From assembly GCA_964016885.1 (NCBI GenBank), contig OZ024755.1:8866001-8930000 (forward strand): 64,000 nucleotides of DNA, written 5' to 3'. Source of the DNA: Eledone cirrhosa. Taxonomy: Eukaryota. Shown here piece after piece: positions 57,676 to 64,000 of this stretch. The position numbers and the translations under genes were made by a program. Under the pieces are notes generated by a model. That model was not told the origin of the DNA. It was given only the letters and a program-made list of their open reading frames with translations, and made no database searches. Every line of letters starts with the position of its first letter. Within the stretch, counting starts at the first letter, position 1.

Positions 57676-57768
57676 GATATTCTTAAAGATTGGTGTGATA
57701 ACCTGAAATTAGATCTAATTCTTAGCACAGGAGGCACTGGCTTTGCCCCTCGCGATGTCACCCCAGAA
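57676..57768 (+). CDS. GPHN: Gephyrin coding exon 4 ([31 protein letters not shown])
   Basis: ttcttccag acceptor, 93 nt, gtaagc donor. Carries the MoCF-biosynthesis signature [14 protein letters not shown]. Confidence 0.97.
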
Positions 57769-57877
57769 GTAAGCAAAGATTGCTTTTGTTTTCATTGAGT
57801 AGAAGTTAAATCAAACTCTTGATTATTTTAAAAACCTTAGTCAATTATATTTTATTAGAAATATGACAATGAAAGGA

Positions 57878-58238
57878 TTAACCATTTAGCATTTACATTA
57901 CGGAGGTGGTGAGAGCAGACCTCAGATCACTAAAACTCACTGAGGAGATGACTAAGGACCGTGACAAATGGAGAGATGCTGTGCTGAATAGGACCCGTCC
58001 AACCCTTGCAATCAGGGAAAAGCAGACGTAAAATGATGATGATTACTTAATATTTACTATTGTATTTTCATGGTAAATGCTTTACCTCATATAATATCGA
58101 ATCTATGAGATTTTGATATCATTTATTTTGAAAACAATACCTTAACATAAGTATGAGTGGACAGTTACAGCCGGTTTGAAAAGAAAGAGGTGAGAGAACT
58201 CTGGCTGGATATGGCCGGTTTAAATGCTAAAGGGTTAA
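57878..58238. mobile_element. piggyBac-type MITE (TTAA ends)
   Basis: TTAAccatttagcattt ... aaatgctaaagggTTAA. An uninterrupted sister copy lies at 61962-62188. Confidence 0.75.
57901..58043 (+). mobile_element. RTE-type LINE 3' end inserted in a MITE (gephyrin intron 4)
   Basis: EVVRADLRSLKLTEEMTKDRDKWRDAVL C-terminus followed by a (GAT)n tail. Confidence 0.7.
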
Positions 58239-58319
58239 ATTACAGTTATTAGTGTATTGTTGTTTTATACAGCAATGAACTATGTTTGAATGATTCTCAT
58301 CTGTTTGTGTTATTGGCAG

Positions 58320-58414
58320 GCAACCAAAATGGTCATTGAGAAGGAAGCACCAGGTCTTTCAGTTGCAATGGTCCAAAAATCTCTGGAAGTAACTCCAATG
58401 GCTGCCCTCTCTCG
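58320..58414 (+). CDS. GPHN: Gephyrin coding exon 5 (ATKMVIEKEAPGLSVAMVQKSLEVTPMAALSR)
   Basis: tggcag acceptor, 95 nt, gtatga donor. Matches ATKEVIEREAPGM...VTPLGMLSR. Confidence 0.96.
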
Positions 58415-58477
58415 GTATGAAGACATCATCTTTTTTCTTTGTATTCCTTCAACTAAGGTCTTTATTACCATCAACAT

Positions 58478-59134
58478 CATCTGATTGTTACCATCACCAC
58501 CATTGTCATCATATGATTGTTACCATCCCCATCATCACATGATTGTTACCATCACCATCATCATCTGATTGTTACCATCACCACCATTGTCATCATATGA
58601 TTGTTACCATCACCATCATCTGATTGTTACCATCACCACCATTGTCATCATATGATTGTTACCATCACCATCATCACATGATTGTTACCATCATCACATG
58701 ATTGTTAACATCCCCATCATCACATGATTGTTACCATCCCCATCATCACATGATTGTTACCATCACCATCACTAAATGATTGTTACCATCACCATCACTA
58801 AATGATTGTTACCATCACCACATGATTGTTACTATCACCATCACTACATGATTGTTACCATCACCATCATTGTCATCATATGATTGTTACCATCACCATC
58901 ATCACATGATTGTTACCATCACCATCATCACATGATTGTTACCATCCCCATCATCACATGATTGTTACCATCCCCATCATCACATGATTGTTACCATCAC
59001 CATCACTAAATGATTGTTACCATCACCATCACTAAATGATTGTTACCATCACCACATGATTGTTACCATCACTAAATGATTGTTACCATCACCATCACCA
59101 CATGATTGTTACCATCACCATCATCACATGATTG
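58478..59134. repeat. ~20-32-bp minisatellite (ATGATTGTTACCATCACCATCATCAC) in gephyrin intron 5
   Basis: More than 20 units sharing TGATTGTTACCATC. Confidence 0.92.
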
Positions 59135-59137
59135 TGT

Positions 59138-59710
59138 ATGGAGGCAGAGTATCAGGTGTAGTGTTGGCAAATTTCGGTAGGCATGGAAATGTTAAAGGAT
59201 ACAGTGTCCCGACAGCTAACAACTGATGCAGGTAGTTTGTTCCATGCTTCAGCAGCTCTGAGCATTAAAAAAAAATGTATGTATGCATGTATATATATAC
59301 ATGGCTTAGAGGTTAGAGCATTGGGCTTGCAATCGAAAGGTTGTGAGTTCAATTCTCGGACCGGGTGATGTGTTGTTTCCTTGAGCAAGACACTGGGTCC
59401 TATCATTCCACTGAAAGTGGTCGTGAAGGTGCCACGGCAAAAAAGCTCCCAGCCTACACTGTAAAGTGGTCTTGGAGGTGCCACGGAAAAAAGAGCTCCC
59501 AGCCCACACTGTAAAGTGGACGTGTGAGTGCCACGGAAAAAAAAGGTTGGTGTTAGGAAAGGCATCCAGCTGTAGAAATCAAGCCAGAATCAGTTCCCGT
59601 ATAAGCAAGACAAGGTCAGCCGACTGGACACTGCCCACAACAGGACAACGCGTCTAACCCATGCTAGCGTGGAAGAACGGACATAAAACGCTGATGATGA
59701 TGATGATGAT
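59138..59710 (+). mobile_element. tRNA-headed SINE with internal ~47-bp repeats and (GAT)n tail
   Basis: A/B boxes, ccttgagcaagaca CORE-like segment, RTE-like tail. Confidence 0.85.
59152..59275 (-). mobile_element. CR1/L2-type LINE 3' fragment inserted in a SINE head
   Basis: FF...RAAEAWNKLPASVVSCRDTVSF matches the WN.LP..VV C-terminal motif. It splits tatggaggca|tggcttag of the SINE. Confidence 0.65.
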
Positions 59711-59720
59711 ATATATATAT

Positions 59721-60103
59721 CATCATCATTTTACGTCCGCTTTTCCCTGCTTGCAAGGGTGGGACGGGAACCGATTCTGGCTTGATTTCTACAGCTGGAG
59801 GCCCTTCCTAACACCAACCTCATTTACAGTGAGTGCTGGGTGGGTGCTTTTTTTTTCCGTGGCACCTACACGTCCACTTTATAGTGTGGGTTGGGTGATT
59901 TTTTGCCATGGCACCTCCACAACCACTTTGAAGTGGAATGATAGGGACCCCAGTCCTAACATATCATTTCTACAGCTGAGTAAACTGGAGCAATGTGAAA
60001 TAAATTGTCTTGCTCAAGGAAACAACACATCACTCAGTCTGAGAATTGAACTCACAACCTTTCGATTGCAAGGCCAATGCTCTAACCACTAAGCCACGTG
60101 CCT

Positions 60104-60107
<4 letters not shown>
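59721..60107 (-). mobile_element. Same SINE family, inverted and tail-to-tail with the previous copy
   Basis: Reverse-complement homology to 59301-59710. Confidence 0.85.
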
Positions 60108-60156
<49 letters not shown>

Positions 60157-60222
60157 TGTATGTATGTTTGCATGTATATAAATACTTCTAATCTGTTTTC
60201 TATATGTTTGTTGCCTTCATAG

Positions 60223-60289
60223 ATTAGTGTGTGGTATCCGTGGTAAAACCCTGATTATAAACTTACCAGGCAGTTCTAAAGGTTCTAAG
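60223..60289 (+). CDS. GPHN: Gephyrin coding exon 6 (LVCGIRGKTLIINLPGSSKGSK)
   Basis: ccttcatag acceptor, 67 nt, AAG|gtaaga donor. VCGIRGKTLIINLPGS motif. The six exons sum to 447 nt, 149 codons with no stop. Next exon not found in the window. Confidence 0.96.
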
Positions 60290-61611
60290 GTAAGATGTAG
60301 GCTACATTTTAAATCTGCTATATTTACAAACATATACACACACATTTACACAGCCCACATATATTTACACACATACATATACACATATTTACATATATGT
60401 ACACATATGCACAAACATGCATATGCATATATATTTACATGTATGCACACATACATACACATATTTACACACACATGTCTACACACACACACACATGTAT
60501 TTTCACACATGCACACACACACGCCCACACACACACACAGTCATATATATTTTCACACATGCACACACATGAACATATATATTTAGACATGTATATCCAA
60601 ACACCTATATGTACATATATTTACACACAAGCATATTTACATACATGGAGAGTTGCAAGGGCTGGTGGTTAGGGTGTTGGTTTCAAGTTAATGCTGTCTG
60701 GTTTTTACCTTCTTTTATGCCCAATCTCCTTCTTTCTATGCATAAAGTACTACCCTTATTTGTGGTCTCTCTGGTTGCAGCACCACAGACTTATATATAA
60801 ACTTATTTTGGAGGAAAATCCATAAACGTTTCCAAGTTTCTTTAAAATGAAAACGAGGGCTGCTGTTAAGCAGTTGCTTGGCACGCTAGAAATGGCATTG
60901 AAACTTCCCTATAATCACACCCTACCATGGTACCAATGCCTGAAATCGGTCCTAGTTCTGTGACATAAAGCTGTTTATTTATATGTAAATCAAGAACAGT
61001 GTGTTTTGTTAGAAACATTGTAATAAAGGGATCAAAAAATGAATTACTGAATAAAGCAAATCTAAATATACAATGAAGAACAAAAATTGGGATGGTCACA
61101 ATTGGAACGCCTTCGATAGTGGATTTCGGTTTAGTGCTGACCTACGGTTAAACTGCTATATTACATATTACGTTCATAGTTATATACCCTACAAAAAGAA
61201 AGAATAAATAAATCATAAATCTAAGGGAAGTAACTCTAAAATCTTAAATTAATTTTAGGAGTGATCTCCCTTAGTAATGACGTCCCAACTAGCATATATG
61301 GCAATTTTTTTGTGATAAGGCAGCTTCATTTCCACGCATAAATTAGTTAATAAATAAAAACAAAAATATAAAGGCAATATTTGACAAAAGCGTGATCGTA
61401 ATATAAATTGTTTCTACTTTTGGCACAAGGCCAGCAATTATCCCAGTGCATTATTGGTACTTTATTTTATTGACCCCGTGAGGAGGAAAGGCAAAGCTAA
61501 CCTCAGCAGGAATTTTAACTCAGAACGTAAAGGGCCATAACTCTATGTTGCAAAGGTTGGCGTCCGACACTCTACCGATACTGCCAATCCACCACTATTT
61601 CTTTATCATGT

Positions 61612-61940
61612 AAAAGCGCATGGCTTAGCGGTTATGACGTTTTACTTATGATCATAATGTCATCAGATCGATTTACAGCAGCGTATTGTGTCCTTGAGCA
61701 AGACACTTTATTTCACGTCATTCCAATCCACACAACTGGCAAATATGAGTTGTACCTGTAATTATAAGGGGCAGCATTATTACACACACACTGTGTCCTG
61801 CTGAATATTCATAAGAATTACGTTATGAGTACACATATTTGTACAATGTTCAGTCTCTTGCACGTTAATTTCATGAGCAGACTGTTCCATTATTCAAACA
61901 ATTAAAAGACTCGTCGTCGAAACTGACGGAAGTCCAACAC
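61612..61940 (+). mobile_element. CORE-like SINE family C
   Basis: tgtgtccttgagcaagacactttatttcacg core and shared 3' region. Confidence 0.82.
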
Positions 61941-61961
61941 AAACAATAATATTTTATATAC

Positions 61962-62188
61962 TTAACCTTTAGCACTTACATTACTCTATATATACTATTG
62001 TATTTTTGTGGTAAAAGCTTCATCTTACATAATTATCTCACATAAGATCAACTCTACGAGATTTTGATATTATTTATTTTGGGGACAATACCTTAACGTC
62101 AGTATGAGCAGCCAGTTATGGCCGGTTTGAACAGAAGAGGTGCGAGAATTCTGGCCCGATATGGCCAGTTTAAATGCTAAAGTGTTAA
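61962..62188. mobile_element. piggyBac-type MITE
   Basis: TTAAcctttagca ... tgctaaagtgTTAA. Colinear with 57878-58238 minus the RTE insert. Confidence 0.75.
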
Positions 62189-63144
62189 ACATATATTTGG
62201 TAACCTAGCTCTTGTTTTCCTCGTTGGATAAGTTTGTTTTCCTTTATTATAAAGGGTTTTTTAATTTTGACACAAAACCAGTAATTTAGGGAAGAAAAAA
62301 CTGTCAATTAATTAGCACCCCATGAATGTAAAGCGCCATAACTAAATACTAAAATGGATGCTCTAGTAAGAATAAGGCAATATGAAGAAGTTGGTTAGAG
62401 GTAAATCAAGGCTAACCACTAACTTAAAAGAGCCTCAACCATTTTGATAGCAACCTGACCAAATTCAGCTCTAGTTCTATTAAATACATCCATTCCATAG
62501 GATTCTTATTTAAATTAAAATCTTTCGACATAGTTTTAATTTTTTCAAAATTCAAATGAAATGTATTCAAATGAAGTATATTTCAATGGAAATGTAGTCC
62601 TGAAAAGGTTTAAATGCTTGTTGTCGTTGTATGCTGGACATGTTCGTATTTTGTCACATACCAAGTTCTGCTATATTTAGGCTTCATCAAAGGCATTGAA
62701 TTATGAAAAGCTATGTACTGTATTTTTTCTGTGTATAATACAAGAAATACAAGTAAAAAAGGATGGGGGTTAGGCAAGCGGTATTATACATGAACACTCT
62801 TTTTTAGAAATTTGTACTGTGATCAAAAATACCTTTTTAATAAATAATAAAGTCATATCAAACAGAAAAACACTTTTAAAAAATGACTGGAAATTGCCGT
62901 GTTAGCTTATTTTTTCAAAATACAAAACTTGGTTTGAAATGGGAAGTATGGTAAGCCTCCTTCTACACAAAATGCTAAACACTTAGTTGTTTTACATTCT
63001 TTAACATTATGAGAAACTGAATATTGTAATATGAGATTGAGATTTTGATGGTTAACAATGTACATGTTTATAAAATTATTTACATTTTAAATAGACATTG
63101 CTATACTTTGGGATCATTTTATACACAAGTTATATATTTTATCA

Positions 63145-63463
63145 GGTGGCAAATTGGCAGAGTCGTTAGAACATCAGATAGAATACTTTATGGTATTCAT
63201 TCTGGCTCTCTGTGTTCAAATCCCACTATGGTCAACTTTGCCTTTCATCCTTTCGAGGTCGATAAAAAAAGTACCAGTCGAATACTGGGGTCGATTCTTC
63301 CTCTATAGCTCTTTCTCATTTCCTCTCTCTCACATTCTATCTTTCTCTAGAAGAAATTTGCTCCACCTGGCTCCACCAGGCTTAAAGTCCCCAAGAAACG
63401 CCATATGTCAATACAGCCCCTCTACAGCTCTATCAGGAACTATGGAGCCATACTTACATACAC
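63145..63463 (+). mobile_element. Meta-core SINE family B
   Basis: Shares head, core and 3' tail with 48081-48355. Confidence 0.8.
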
Positions 63464-64000
63464 ATTTTATATTTTTTCTTTCAAGCTTCAGAAATCAGTC
63501 ATATACTCAACAGAAATTATACACAAAAACATATGGTACTTACACTTCATATCTCAGTATTCTGAACTAGAGAATAGGTATCACTCTGTTTAGATGTATA
63601 TCTGTAGAGTCCCTGATTTCATGTTATTAAGTTGTTTTAAAGTGTTTATATTCATCTAAAAACCATCCATCAAAATTTTCTGTATGAACATTTGTAATGT
63701 TATGTTACAAACACCAGCTTAATAATGAAAAAGTTATTCTACTAAATCCCTCCCAATTCTTGATTTTTAAAAAAATTGTTAGAAATATTTCAATGGAATG
63801 TTAATTTTTTTTCTTTTGGTATTTGGAGCATAACTTAATGAAGCTACTTACATAAAATTATGATGGAATGTTTAAATTTACATATAAACATTTTAAACTG
63901 AACAGTTTTGTATCATAGAACCAGGGATGGTTTCAGGTGGTTTGGAATCAAAAGGGTTAAACTATATCACTACCTATGAACTACAAATGGTAAAATGTGC

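Noticed and set aside
58478-59134. Constant TGATTGTTACCATC with variable short spacers (CRISPR-like look)
   Set aside because: The spacers are CAT/CAC slippage variants, so this is an intronic minisatellite.
59301-59365. tRNA-like sequence as a tRNA gene
   Set aside because: It is a SINE head that continues into the SINE body and does not form a full cloverleaf. The same applies to the other A/B-box motifs in the window.

Overview
AT-rich, microsatellite-saturated animal genomic DNA. The tRNA-headed SINE families, (TA)n/(CA)n/(GA)n load, TTAGGG repeats and spliceosomal introns suggest a coleoid cephalopod such as Octopus (inference). There is one 200-N scaffold gap at 35034-35233. The only host protein-coding gene I can support is gephyrin (GPHN): six + strand coding exons (52326-60289) encode 149 aa of the MogA-like G domain, and the gene continues past the window. 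Nearly all ORFs in the supplied track are microsatellite artefacts. The rest is repeats: several SINE families, RTE- and CR1-type LINE remnants, mariner/hAT/piggyBac/Helentron-type MITEs, minisatellites and an interstitial telomeric array. The most striking unannotated signal is a dispersed set of minimal type I hammerhead ribozyme (HHR) motifs. I read six with the canonical CUGANGA core, one U3-A8 covariant, several degenerate copies and three palindromic half-ribozymes folded back at stem II. They sit in short non-coding elements resembling Penelope-like pseudo-LTRs, almost always next to (TA)n tracts and often as inverted repeats. One cluster lies directly after a (TTAGGG)n array. All folds were read by eye and no searches were run.
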